Below, in pieces: positions 52,463 through 62,098 of a DNA stretch of 64,000 nucleotides. Each line of letters starts with the position of its first letter. The first letter of the stretch is position 1. The position numbers were made by a program, and so were the translations under genes. The notes beneath the pieces were generated by a model. It worked only from the letters and a program-made list of their open reading frames with translations, ran no database searches and had not been told where the DNA came from. Source of the DNA: Candidatus Fimousia stercorigallinarum (GTDB lineage: Bacteria > Bacillota > Clostridia > Lachnospirales > Lachnospiraceae); contig DVKZ01000002.1 of the NCBI GenBank assembly GCA_018715775.1, positions 253 to 64,252 of the forward strand, in the 5' to 3' direction.

Positions 52463-52843
52463 ATGAAAATGAAAAAATTATTAACAGGATGTTTAACTTT
52501 AATTATGGTATTATCGATGTTTACGCCATGTTTTGCAGCAAAAAAAGTCACTCTGACGACAGATCAGTATTGGAATAACAGTGATGCCTTAACAGCAAAA
52601 GAAGTTGCATTTAATGGCAATACATCAAAAAATAATCCAAGAGATGTGTGGTTTATAGCAGAATATAAAAATAGTACAGGCTGGCATTATAATACTAAGA
52701 AAAAAATAGCAGCTGGAAAACAATGCCCGACATTAAATTCCGATGTACTCAGTAGGAGAAAATGGCGTTTGCAGCTGAACCCATATGGAACGGATACGAC
52801 TGGTTGTATTGCACATGGAAAAATATGGATTGTAACAGAATAA
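52463..52843 (+). CDS. Secreted small cationic protein, function unknown
   Basis: Sec signal peptide ending in CFA/A; Lys/Trp-rich mature part with two Cys; GGGAG RBS. Confidence 0.8.
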   Translation: MKMKKLLTGCLTLIMVLSMFTPCFAAKKVTLTTDQYWNNSDALTAKEVAFNGNTSKNNPRDVWFIAEYKNSTGWHYNTKKKIAAGKQCPTLNSDVLSRRKWRLQLNPYGTDTTGCIAHGKIWIVTE

Positions 52844-52865
52844 AATTACAGTCGGAGGTATACAG

Positions 52866-54515
52866 ATGCTGAGGATACTAAAAAATACCATCACTGTGTA
52901 TGCAAGGTCAGCACTGTTGCTGCCGTCCACGATGATATTATATCTCTATTCTATTCATTTTGCAGTGCAATATCATGGATATCCGCTTGAGGGGAGCGTG
53001 CTCACTGCTCAGTTGCGGCAGGTGCTGCAGCTGTCTCTCTATCTGTTCGTGGCGGTGGTGTTTTTATCATATGAATTTAGTATGAAGTTCCGTCACAATG
53101 GGATGGATGAAGTAGCGGCAGGGACGGGATTAGGGAAAAAAGGGATCCCGTTGGCATGTGTGTTCCTGACGATGACGTTGTGGAGCCTTGTGTTTACAGT
53201 AACACTTGCCATTTGTGCGGTTTCAGGCTATCTCCATTATGGCATCCGGGATCCGGGCAGGGAATATATCATCCATATCCTGCAGAATGCAGCGGTCAAC
53301 GTTTTTCTCGTCATGGAACTGGGGATCCTGGCCGGTCTGCTGTTCTCAAAGATCAGGAACCGGATTCCGGCATATGCAGGGATGATGCTCATCGCATATC
53401 TGGTATCACCATATCCGGAGAGGATCGCAGATGCGCAGTGCATGGCTGGAAACCTGGAACATAACATCTTCCCGCTCGTAGAACTGTTTGGGATTCTGCC
53501 TTCCGTCCGTACCGGATTCGATGCGAACCCTGCGTTTGGGGAATCCCTCTCTCCGGCGAGGATATCCCTGATTTTTTTCTGGTCTGCAGCCATCCTTTTC
53601 CTGCTCTGTCTTCCTGTCAGGCGGAGAGCGGGAAGGCTGTGGGCGGGTGTCTGCGTGGCTGCAGCAGCTATCTGTTTTGGTTCTTACGCGGCTCCTGTTT
53701 CAGATGTCAATATGGACAGCAACCCGGATCATACGATGGCTCATGACCAGTATTATTATGAATTTCCGGGGACAGCAAGGACGAAGAAGGCAGCAGGCGG
53801 ATATGAGATCACGGCATATGACATGGATCTTGAGATACGGCGGGTCCTGGAGGCGGATATCATGATGGATGTTGACCGGAGCATGGAGGAATATAAAATG
53901 ACCCTGTACCATGGATACCGTGTAGAAGGAGCATGGGATCAGGACGGCAGAGAAATGGATGTCACGCAGGACGGAGATTACCTGTCCATAAAAGCAGGAG
54001 GAGGGGATGTCTCCAGGATCCGCCTGTCTTACAGCGGATATAGTGCGGCCTATTATTCCAACAGCCAGGGCATCTACCTGCCGGGGGATTTTGCCTGGTA
54101 TCCGCGTGCCGGATATATCCCGCTGCACGATGATGAGAAGATGGCGATGAGATCGTGTTTTGTGGATGCAGATACCGGGTTCTGCATGGATATCTCATAT
54201 GGTGGGGAAATCCATACGAACCTGGAAGAGGGGGAAGATGGGTCATATGCAGGGACGTGTGACGGTCCGACGATCCTCGCGGGATTTTATAAGGAAAAGG
54301 AGTTCGGGGACGGGAACCGTCTGGTCTACTGTTACCTGAACGCAGAATGTTATGCAGAGGGCGGTCTGGATGAGATCTGCCGGGAAGATGAAAAAGCGCT
54401 GGAAGAGATGGGGAAGGAAGGCGTTACGATCTTTATGGTACCGAATGTCAATCAGATGCGGAACCGGGACGTCGGGGAACGGCAGATCCTGGTGCGGAAC
54501 AGCCCGTGGATATAG
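52866..54515 (+). CDS. ABC permease-like membrane protein with a large extracellular domain
   Basis: About 7 TM helices, then a soluble domain (YDMDLEI, LYHGY, LPGDFAWYP); GGAGG RBS. Confidence 0.75.
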   Translation: MLRILKNTITVYARSALLLPSTMILYLYSIHFAVQYHGYPLEGSVLTAQLRQVLQLSLYLFVAVVFLSYEFSMKFRHNGMDEVAAGTGLGKKGIPLACVFLTMTLWSLVFTVTLAICAVSGYLHYGIRDPGREYIIHILQNAAVNVFLVMELGILAGLLFSKIRNRIPAYAGMMLIAYLVSPYPERIADAQCMAGNLEHNIFPLVELFGILPSVRTGFDANPAFGESLSPARISLIFFWSAAILFLLCLPVRRRAGRLWAGVCVAAAAICFGSYAAPVSDVNMDSNPDHTMAHDQYYYEFPGTARTKKAAGGYEITAYDMDLEIRRVLEADIMMDVDRSMEEYKMTLYHGYRVEGAWDQDGREMDVTQDGDYLSIKAGGGDVSRIRLSYSGYSAAYYSNSQGIYLPGDFAWYPRAGYIPLHDDEKMAMRSCFVDADTGFCMDISYGGEIHTNLEEGEDGSYAGTCDGPTILAGFYKEKEFGDGNRLVYCYLNAECYAEGGLDEICREDEKALEEMGKEGVTIFMVPNVNQMRNRDVGERQILVRNSPWI

Positions 54516-54525
54516 GAGGGACGAT

Positions 54526-55380
54526 ATGCTGGAAGTAAAAGATGTGGTAAAGAAGTTCCGACGGCGTACCGTATTGGACGGGATCAGTTTCTGTATGGAC
54601 AGAGGGACCTATGGTCTGCTGGGTGCGAACGGGGCGGGGAAGACGACACTGATCCGGTGCATCACCGGATTGTACCGCCCGGACAGCGGGACAGTATCCT
54701 GGAACGGGGAAGATACCGGCAGGCCGGGAAAGTTCCAGGACTCGCTCGGGTATCTGCCACAGAGGCTGGACGCCCTGAAAGATCTGAAAGTAAGGGAATA
54801 CCTTAGATATTTTGCAGAGCTTAAGGGAGTGGATCCGGTACTTGCTAAGAAGGAGATCCCGGAGATGCTGGCGCTGCTGGGACTGGAAGAAAAGGCGGGG
54901 AGCAGGGTCTGTTCCCTGTCCGGAGGGATGATCCGCAGACTCGGCATCGGGCAGGCATTGATGGGACGGCCGGAGATCCTGATCTTTGATGAGCCGACGG
55001 CCGGGCTGGATCCGGAAGAGAGGCTGCGGTTTAAGAACATTATCGCAGGACTGCCAGAAGATACCATTACATTGATCTCGACCCATATCGTCAGTGATAT
55101 CGAAGCGCTGTGTGATAAGGTGATCGTTATGGAGAAGGGAAGGGTCAAAGGGGTATTTTCGCAGGAGGAGCTCTGCAGGCAGGCAGAAGGTAAGGTATAT
55201 GATATCGCAGCAGGACAGATGGGGGATATCCTTGGCAGTTACCGTCTGGTACGAGAATACCGGGACGACAGCGGGGGAAGAATCCGATTCCTGTCCGGGG
55301 AGCCGCAGAGATGGAAGCCGGAGACACCGGCATTAGAAGACGGATACTTATGGATGGTATCGGAAAGGAGTACGACGTGA
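54526..55380 (+). CDS. ABC transporter ATP-binding protein
   Basis: GANGAGKTT, LSGGM, IFDEPTAGLD, STH; AGGAGG RBS. Confidence 0.95.
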   Translation: MLEVKDVVKKFRRRTVLDGISFCMDRGTYGLLGANGAGKTTLIRCITGLYRPDSGTVSWNGEDTGRPGKFQDSLGYLPQRLDALKDLKVREYLRYFAELKGVDPVLAKKEIPEMLALLGLEEKAGSRVCSLSGGMIRRLGIGQALMGRPEILIFDEPTAGLDPEERLRFKNIIAGLPEDTITLISTHIVSDIEALCDKVIVMEKGRVKGVFSQEELCRQAEGKVYDIAAGQMGDILGSYRLVREYRDDSGGRIRFLSGEPQRWKPETPALEDGYLWMVSERSTT

Positions 55381-56000
55381 GGAGCACGATCAGACGATGT
55401 TGGCCGCTGTTCCTGCTCTCGTTCGCGGTTAACGGCATACTGATTCCGGGGATGGTGCTGTCAACTTACTGTGCTTTTGGAGTTTCCGGGGAGACACGCA
55501 GGGTGATCGTGGTGTTCGGACAGTACTTGACTCCGCTCCTGGCTGGCTGGTGCGCTTTTTTTGTGCTCACGCCATATATTGACAGCGACGGGAATGAGAT
55601 CTTTTATATCTGGAAACGGTCCAAGGCAGGGGAAGTGGTGGGGGCTTTCGTCTGTTATCTGGTGACAGCTGCTGTCCCGTATCTATTATACGGGCAGATC
55701 TTTTCCGGGATGGCAGCGGAATGGCTTCGGATCATGATAGAAAGTTTTCTGTTCATGGCACTGGTCTATTTTCTGGCATTTCTGGTCAGGAGGATGGCAC
55801 TGGTGATGATACCGGTCATATGTTATGCGTTTGCATCGGCATTCTACCGGGGAGAGGATGTCCCGTTCTATCTGTACTATGATGTACATGCGGCTGACCC
55901 AGAGCTGCTCCTGGATCATTATCTTCCATTGACGGCGGCAGCAGCCGTGTTATTTCTGGCTGGGGTTCTTTTGAACCTGAAAATGGAACGATACAAGTAG
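55377..56000 (+). CDS. ABC permease-like membrane protein
   Basis: About 6 TM helices; GTG start overlaps the ATPase stop; AAGGAG RBS. Confidence 0.78.
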   Translation: MRSTIRRCWPLFLLSFAVNGILIPGMVLSTYCAFGVSGETRRVIVVFGQYLTPLLAGWCAFFVLTPYIDSDGNEIFYIWKRSKAGEVVGAFVCYLVTAAVPYLLYGQIFSGMAAEWLRIMIESFLFMALVYFLAFLVRRMALVMIPVICYAFASAFYRGEDVPFYLYYDVHAADPELLLDHYLPLTAAAAVLFLAGVLLNLKMERYK

Positions 56001-56135
56001 CAGTGAGCGGGACTGTTTTGAAGAGTCTGGTGACGGACGAGATGAATACACATGAACGAAAGGATTTACCCTGGATTATTCATGGCACAGCCGTGAAAGT
56101 GACTGAAAGCCGCATAGTTACCGAATTTGTTGAAT

Positions 56136-56208
56136 AAAAAAGAGACATCTTCGATAAGTTCCGGGGTTATCATAACCTGAGCTTATCGAGCTGTCTCTTT
56201 GTTTTTTT
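56136..56208. terminator. Long imperfect hairpin with A/T tails after the ABC operon
   Basis: AAAGAGACA..CGATAAG..GGTTA / TAACC..CTTATCG..TGTCTCTTT followed by GTTTTTTT. Confidence 0.65.
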
Positions 56209-56312
56209 ACTTTATAGGAAATTTCGATTTTTAAGGAATTAAAAAAAGCAAGAGTCCATCGAACATATGTTAAATAAACTCTTGCTTGAGCAGGGCGATA
56301 AGACAACACGGG

Positions 56313-56489
56313 TTAGAAGATATAAAAACCTTCTACGCCAGCCTCGTCATCAAACAAATCATCTTCATTTAAGAAATAATCCATATCAAGAAGATCATCC
56401 TTGCTCATACGGCGAATGTCCTCGGATGTCATTCCTTCCGGTGGATTATCCATACATTTTTTGCGCAGTTTCTCTGTTTGTGGGTTCAT
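56313..56489 (-). CDS. Small acidic protein (58 aa), probably IS-associated
   Basis: AAAGGAGG RBS; MNPQTEKLRKKCMDNPPEGMTSEDIRR...; recalled as a passenger ORF behind clostridial IS91-like transposases. Confidence 0.55.
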   Translation of the reverse strand: MNPQTEKLRKKCMDNPPEGMTSEDIRRMSKDDLLDMDYFLNEDDLFDDEAGVEGFYIF

Positions 56490-56572
56490 ACGCAAAGCCT
56501 CCTTTGAAAGGAGTATACCACAGGAATGAGATATAAGGAAGTCATGAAGATGACCGCCTTCCACGAGAACGG

Positions 56573-56701
56573 GACATAGCCAAAAGCAGAGAGGATGGCA
56601 GTACGCCACTGATTAAAGCTTCTGTAGATGTGATGCTTTTCACGGGAGATAACCCTGTGAAGTTTTTTATCTATTTCCCGGTGTCGCGCATAAAGACCAC
56701 C
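56573..56701 (-). pseudogene. Probable IS91-like transposase C-terminal fragment
   Basis: GLYARHREIDKKLHRVISREKHHIYRSFNQWRTAILSAFGY resembles the end of clostridial Y2 transposases (from recall). Confidence 0.45.
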
Positions 56702-56804
56702 GCAGACTTCCATGTCTACTGCAGAAAAAGAAAAAAGGTTCTTTACGCCCGTAGACAGACTCCCAATATCTACGGCAAAAAAATAAAAAAGTCAAGAAAT
56801 ACAA

Positions 56805-56993
56805 AGAAAAAAGGAGCAGAAAACCGCTTAGCAGAAGGAGCGCTTCCAAAAATCCAGACAAGGGGTTTTTGCGTCCTAAAATAAGGGATACAAAAGGAAA
56901 GAGACAGCCCACGGGAGAATTCAGTTCTTAAAAAAGCCCGAATTCTCTGGGATTGCCTCTTCCCTGTATGTTAAGGGCTAAAAATCGGTATCA
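56805..56993 (+). mobile_element. IS1182-family right-end remnant
   Basis: Aligns by eye with 8232-8418 (GAAAAAAGGAGCAGAAAAC.GCTTAG...GAATTCTCTGGGATTG...GGCTAAAA.TCGGTAT). Confidence 0.85.
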
Positions 56994-57025
56994 TAACCGG
57001 AGCTTATCGGGCCGTCTCTTTGTTT

Positions 57026-58426
57026 TTACACCGGATAAGTGCCGTTTTCTTTATCACCTAATTTCGGATCAATTCCGTCTTCCTGTGCAGCGCGGTATTT
57101 GAAATAATCCATGGCAACTTGTGGGAACAGTGCGTAAGATAAAACATCTTCTTCCTGTTCTGACCAGATTTCCATTTCGCTTTTCAGTTTATCCAGTTCC
57201 GGTTTCAGAAGATCAGCCGGACGACAGGTGATTGGCTGTTCATTTCCGATAACTTTTTCTTTGACTTCTTCATTCATCGGTTTTACAGTAGCCCCGTATT
57301 TACCAAGAAGCATGTCTTTCGTCTCTTTTGATGCTATTTTGTATCGTTCTCCCATTAAAACATTTAGAACAGACTGTGTTCCGACAATCTGGGAAGAAGG
57401 AGTGACAAGCGGCGGTTCTCCAAGATCTTTTCGTACGCGTGGAACTTCCTTTAATACATCATATAATTTATCTTCAGCACCCTGTTCGTTTAGCTGAGAA
57501 GTCAGATTAGAGAGCATGCCTCCGGGAACCTGATAGAGGAGCGTTTTAATATCTACGCCCATATTTTTCGGATTCAAAAGACCGGTTTCTAAAGCGTGAT
57601 CACGAATTGGGCGGAAGTAATCAGCGATTTCCGACAAAATTTCCTGATCAAGACCGGTATCATACGGTGTTCCTTTCAATGTTTCTACCATAACTTCTGT
57701 AGCAGGCTGGCTTGTTCCCATAGCAAATGGGGAGATCGCTGTATCGATAATATCTGCACCGGCTTCGACTGCCTTTAAATAAGTCATAGATGCGACACCG
57801 GATGTATAATGGGTGTGAATTTCAATTGGCAGATCGACGGTTTCTTTTAAGGCACTGACCAGTTTGGACGCCTGATAAGGCAATAAAAGACCTGCCATAT
57901 CTTTGATACAGATGGAATCCGCCCCCATATCTTCGATTCGTTTTGCGATGTCTTTCCAATAATCTAACGTATAAGCATCTCCCAAAGTATAAGATAATGC
58001 AACCTGTGCATGTGCTTTTTCTTTACCTGCGGCCGTAACGGCAGTCTGTAGATTTCGAAGGTCATTCAGACAGTCGAAAATACGGATGATATCAATTCCG
58101 TTTGCAACGGATTTTTGGACAAAGTATTCTACAACATCATCGGCATATGGACGATATCCGAGGATATTTTGCCCGCGAAAGAGCATTTGTAATTTTGTTT
58201 GTTTAAAACCTTCACGGAATTTTCGAAGTCTTTCCCACGGATCTTCCTTCAGAAAACGGAGACAGGCGTCAAAGGTTGCGCCTCCCCAGCATTCTACCGC
58301 ATGGTAGCCGACCTGATCCATTTTATCGATGATCGGGAGCATTTCTTCAGTCGACATGCGAGTGGCGATCAGGGACTGCTGTGCATCGCGAAGGATCGTT
58401 TCAGTGATCTTGATTGGTTTTTCCAT
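57026..58426 (-). CDS. oadA: Oxaloacetate decarboxylase alpha-like carboxyltransferase (no biotin domain)
   Basis: RDAQQSLIATR, WGGATFD, IKDMAG, HTH, VTPSSQIVG. Confidence 0.9.
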   Translation of the reverse strand: MEKPIKITETILRDAQQSLIATRMSTEEMLPIIDKMDQVGYHAVECWGGATFDACLRFLKEDPWERLRKFREGFKQTKLQMLFRGQNILGYRPYADDVVEYFVQKSVANGIDIIRIFDCLNDLRNLQTAVTAAGKEKAHAQVALSYTLGDAYTLDYWKDIAKRIEDMGADSICIKDMAGLLLPYQASKLVSALKETVDLPIEIHTHYTSGVASMTYLKAVEAGADIIDTAISPFAMGTSQPATEVMVETLKGTPYDTGLDQEILSEIADYFRPIRDHALETGLLNPKNMGVDIKTLLYQVPGGMLSNLTSQLNEQGAEDKLYDVLKEVPRVRKDLGEPPLVTPSSQIVGTQSVLNVLMGERYKIASKETKDMLLGKYGATVKPMNEEVKEKVIGNEQPITCRPADLLKPELDKLKSEMEIWSEQEEDVLSYALFPQVAMDYFKYRAAQEDGIDPKLGDKENGTYPV

Positions 58427-58438
58427 AGTTTTTTCCTC

Positions 58439-59566
58439 CTAATTTACTCCAAATACAGCCATAAACACACCGGCAACAACCGCTGTTCCGATAACACCGG
58501 ATACATTCGGTCCCATTGCGTGCATGAGCAGGAAGTTGGTTGGATCTGCTTCCGCACCTACTTTCTGAGATACACGAGCCGCCATCGGAACGGCAGATAC
58601 GCCGGCAGATCCGATCAGTGGATTTACTTTACCGCCGGTAATCTTACACATCAGTTTTCCAAATACGACTCCGCCTGCAGTACCAAATGCAAATGCGATG
58701 AGTCCGAGTACGACGATTTTGATCGTTGTCAGATTTAAAAAGGCCTCCGCACTTGTTGTTGCACCGACACTTGTTCCAAGCAGGATAACAACGATATACA
58801 TGAGTGCATTAGAAGCAGTTTCGGTCAACTGGCGAACAACGCCGGATTCTTTGAATAGGTTTCCAAGCATGAGCATTCCTACCAAAGGAGCGGTAGAAGG
58901 AAGCAGCATGGATACGACGATAGTAACAATGATAGGGAACAGGATACGTTCCAGTTTTGATACCGGACGCAGTTGTTCCATCTTAATCTTTCGTTCCTCT
59001 TCAGTCGTTAAAAAGCGCATGATCGGAGGCTGGATGATCGGTACAAGTGACATATAAGAATATGCAGCTACGGCAATCGGCCCCATAAGCTGTGTCTGAT
59101 GCAGCTTTCCGGCAAGAAAGATGGATGTTGGACCGTCAGCTCCGCCGATAATGGAAATCGCGGCTGCGGCGGCATCATCAAAGCCGAGAAGCATCGCCCC
59201 GATATAAGCTGCAAAAATACCAAACTGTGCGGCAGCTCCCAATAGAAAGCTCTGGGGGTAGGCAATCAAAGGTCCGAAATCAGTCATGGCTCCGACACCG
59301 AGAAAGATCAGTGACGGGAAGATACTCCATTCATCCAGCAGATAGAAATAATGGAGCAGCCCGCCTTCGGCCATAATATCCGGATAAATATTTACTAACA
59401 GCATACCAAAAGAAATCGGCACTAGCAAAAGCGGTTCGTAGTCTTTTTTGATCGCGAGATAAAGGAATATACAAGCAACGACAATCATCGCATAATTTCC
59501 AACAGTCAGGTTGAAAAAGGCGGTCTGATGGATCAGATTTCCTAAAACATTGATAATATAACTCAT
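58439..59566 (-). CDS. oadB: Na+-translocating decarboxylase beta subunit
   Basis: EPLLLVPI, IIGGADGPT, AYSYM, SAVPMAAR, GPNV. Confidence 0.93.
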   Translation of the reverse strand: MSYIINVLGNLIHQTAFFNLTVGNYAMIVVACIFLYLAIKKDYEPLLLVPISFGMLLVNIYPDIMAEGGLLHYFYLLDEWSIFPSLIFLGVGAMTDFGPLIAYPQSFLLGAAAQFGIFAAYIGAMLLGFDDAAAAAISIIGGADGPTSIFLAGKLHQTQLMGPIAVAAYSYMSLVPIIQPPIMRFLTTEEERKIKMEQLRPVSKLERILFPIIVTIVVSMLLPSTAPLVGMLMLGNLFKESGVVRQLTETASNALMYIVVILLGTSVGATTSAEAFLNLTTIKIVVLGLIAFAFGTAGGVVFGKLMCKITGGKVNPLIGSAGVSAVPMAARVSQKVGAEADPTNFLLMHAMGPNVSGVIGTAVVAGVFMAVFGVN

Positions 59567-59584
59567 TGCAGCACCTCCCGCATC

Positions 59585-59950
59585 TTAGTTTAAAGTAGCG
59601 AGAACGTCACCGGCTTCTATGGAATCTCCAACAGATACATGAATACTTGCAACAATTCCGTCTTCCGGAGCAGTTACACCGATTTCCATTTTCATAGCTT
59701 CAATGATAATCACAGGTTCTCCTCTTTTTACCTTCTGGCCGACAGTAGTTGGGATGTTAAAGACTTTTCCTGCCGCCCCGGCTTTTACATCGATGCTTCC
59801 TGTGGCAGCAGGCGCCGGTTTTTGCACCGGAACAGCAGATACTGCTGAAGCAGCAGGTGTTGGGGACGCAGGAGCAGCAACTCCTGTTTTTTCTTCTACA
59901 GTAACGTCATAAGCAGTGCCATTTACTGTGATCGTATAGTGTTTCATCAT
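59585..59950 (-). CDS. Biotin carboxyl carrier protein
   Basis: Ala/Pro linker and the EAMKME biotinylation motif. Confidence 0.93.
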   Translation of the reverse strand: MMKHYTITVNGTAYDVTVEEKTGVAAPASPTPAASAVSAVPVQKPAPAATGSIDVKAGAAGKVFNIPTTVGQKVKRGEPVIIIEAMKMEIGVTAPEDGIVASIHVSVGDSIEAGDVLATLN

Positions 59951-59964
59951 AATTTATAATCCTC

Positions 59965-60336
59965 CTAGATTTCAATCGTTTTATTCCAGTTATTTGCATT
60001 TGAACGGCGGATAGACCGGACAACAAAGTCATCTTCTGACATTCCTGTTGAAGCTGCAATCGCTGCCGAAATAACGGCAATCAGTTCAAGATCATCTTGA
60101 GGCATGTTTTCTACAGGATCAGGAATGATAGGAGAGGAGGTGTTTTCCGGTTCTTTTTCTGGCTGCTGTATCTGTGTTTTTTTACGGTATGCTGCCTGAA
60201 TTTTCGGGATAAACGCAAGCAGAGAAATCAAAAGGCTGATAAAAATCAGAACCGAAAACACGACGCCCATGCCGAGAATGGTATTTAATAAAGCATTTTT
60301 TAATATTTCTCCGAGTGATAATAATGGAAAATACAT
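59965..60336 (-). CDS. OadG/MmdD family subunit
   Basis: GMGVVFSVL TM segment, ELIAVISAAIAA, VVRSIRR. Confidence 0.88.
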   Translation of the reverse strand: MYFPLLSLGEILKNALLNTILGMGVVFSVLIFISLLISLLAFIPKIQAAYRKKTQIQQPEKEPENTSSPIIPDPVENMPQDDLELIAVISAAIAASTGMSEDDFVVRSIRRSNANNWNKTIEI

Positions 60337-60351
60337 GCAATCGCCGCCTTT

Positions 60352-61776
60352 CTATATGCTTAGATGTTTTTTATATTTTACAGAATCTTGCTTGGAAGCG
60401 AGCATATCAAAAGCGCTGATCAAATATTTCCGGATATCGGAAGGCCGGATCATAGCATCAACGTAACCACGGGATGCAGCAGAAGCGGCACGGTTATACT
60501 GAGCATCATAGTCCGCAGCTTTCTGGCGGATGATGTCTGCAGGTTCCTCTTCATAAAGAATCTTAGCTGCATGTGTTCCGTCCAGGGATCCGATCATCGC
60601 ATGTTCAAATGTATAGACAAGATCGATACCGAGCGGTTTTCCCCCCATGATCACTCCGGCAGAACCCATAGCCTGGCCGGTGATCACGGTTACTTTTGGA
60701 ACCGTGGCTGATGCATATGCTGCAGTGAGGGAAGCACAGGCGGACGCTGCATTGATTTCAGACGACATGGAGCGCTCAAATCCTGATACATTAGATAAGG
60801 TAAGAACCGGAATATGAAAAGCATCACAAAAAGTAATAAAGCTAGCAGCTTTTTTTGCACCCTCTGCAGTCAGGACAGGTGCATCGTTTTTTTGATCAGT
60901 CTCCAAAGAGGTCTGATTTGCGATACATCCGATGGTTATTCCATTCAGACGGATAAATCCCGTGATCATATCCTTTGCGGTTTCTTTTTTTGTTTCAAAA
61001 AATTCGTTGTTGTCAGCAATCATGGAAAGTGCAGCAGCAGAATCGAATATAGTTTGTTCAAAACCTTCACATGAGCGGTTCAGATCGTCTGTACATGTAT
61101 CCGGCATGATTGAAAAACGGTTATTAGCCGGAAGGATATCGATGAGTTTTCTAACGGCCGTATATATTTCATCAGCTGTTCCACAAACATCGATATTTTG
61201 CGTGTATTTTGATTTCCATTCTGCAGAAGCCGTGTCACAGCATTCTTTTCGATTTGCCATAATTGCATCCGGAGAATGTAAAAACAGACGTCCATTTGTT
61301 TTTTCTAAAAAGGTAAAATCAGATAAGGCCGGAATCAGAGACGTCCCGCCGCCACAATTTCCCATGATCAAACTAATCTGGGGAATAATACCGGAAGCCT
61401 GTGCCTGTTTTTGATAGATGGAGCCAAGCCCGTTTAAGGCATCCACAGATTCCTGAAGTCTTAGACCGGAACAGTCTAATATCCCGATGATCGGGGCTCC
61501 CATGTTTAGAGCCATGTCGTAAAGATGTGTGATCTTTCTGCTGTGCATTTCTCCGATCGATCCACCTAAGATGGAAGCGTTTTGGCTGTAGATGTAAATC
61601 AGTTTTTCATTGATCAGCCCATAACCGGTTAATACTCCGTCTGAAGGAGTATCTTCCTTATACAGATGAAAATCAGTTGACCGAGCGGAAATATCTGTTC
61701 CGATCTGCACAAAACTGTTTTCATCTAATAGAGATTGGATTCTTGTCAAAGCAGAATTGCCTGATGCGTGTTTCAT
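60352..61776 (-). CDS. Acyl-CoA carboxyltransferase (MmdA/PccB-like)
   Basis: DGVLTGYG, RLQE, ASGIIPQI, FCDAFHIP, VPKVTVI, GYVD. Confidence 0.85.
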   Translation of the reverse strand: MKHASGNSALTRIQSLLDENSFVQIGTDISARSTDFHLYKEDTPSDGVLTGYGLINEKLIYIYSQNASILGGSIGEMHSRKITHLYDMALNMGAPIIGILDCSGLRLQESVDALNGLGSIYQKQAQASGIIPQISLIMGNCGGGTSLIPALSDFTFLEKTNGRLFLHSPDAIMANRKECCDTASAEWKSKYTQNIDVCGTADEIYTAVRKLIDILPANNRFSIMPDTCTDDLNRSCEGFEQTIFDSAAALSMIADNNEFFETKKETAKDMITGFIRLNGITIGCIANQTSLETDQKNDAPVLTAEGAKKAASFITFCDAFHIPVLTLSNVSGFERSMSSEINAASACASLTAAYASATVPKVTVITGQAMGSAGVIMGGKPLGIDLVYTFEHAMIGSLDGTHAAKILYEEEPADIIRQKAADYDAQYNRAASAASRGYVDAMIRPSDIRKYLISAFDMLASKQDSVKYKKHLSI

Positions 61777-62045
61777 AAGTTTCCTCCCTTTTGATTTGTG
61801 TTATATTTTCATATAATAAATAAATCGCAAAGCTTGTTTCACGTGTATTTTACTCTTTTTACGAATGCGATTCAAGATGAAAAGCACTTTATTTTATACA
61901 GATTTTCTATAATCAACGATATATTTTCTTTATTTTTTATCTGTTTTTGCCAAGAAAGAAAACTGTCTGGAAAAAAAGGAGAAAAAATTCTTCTTTTTAG
62001 ACTTGACAAAGAAAAATAAAGTGATAATATAGTGGTTGAAAGGTG

Positions 62046-62072
62046 TTAGCACTCAAATCACACGAGTGCTAA
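62046..62072 (+). promoter_or_regulatory. CIRCE element
   Basis: Perfect TTAGCACTC-N9-GAGTGCTAA, with a TTGACA promoter upstream. Confidence 0.97.
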
Positions 62073-62098
62073 TAAATCTACAAAGGAAGGAGATAGGG

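Noticed and set aside
62036..62098. Longer N-termini given by the ORF track (hrcA, rplS, FGGY kinase, polA, tyrS, ABC ATPase)
   Set aside because: Downstream starts have clear RBSs and match family N-termini; several extensions run through regulatory DNA or the upstream gene.
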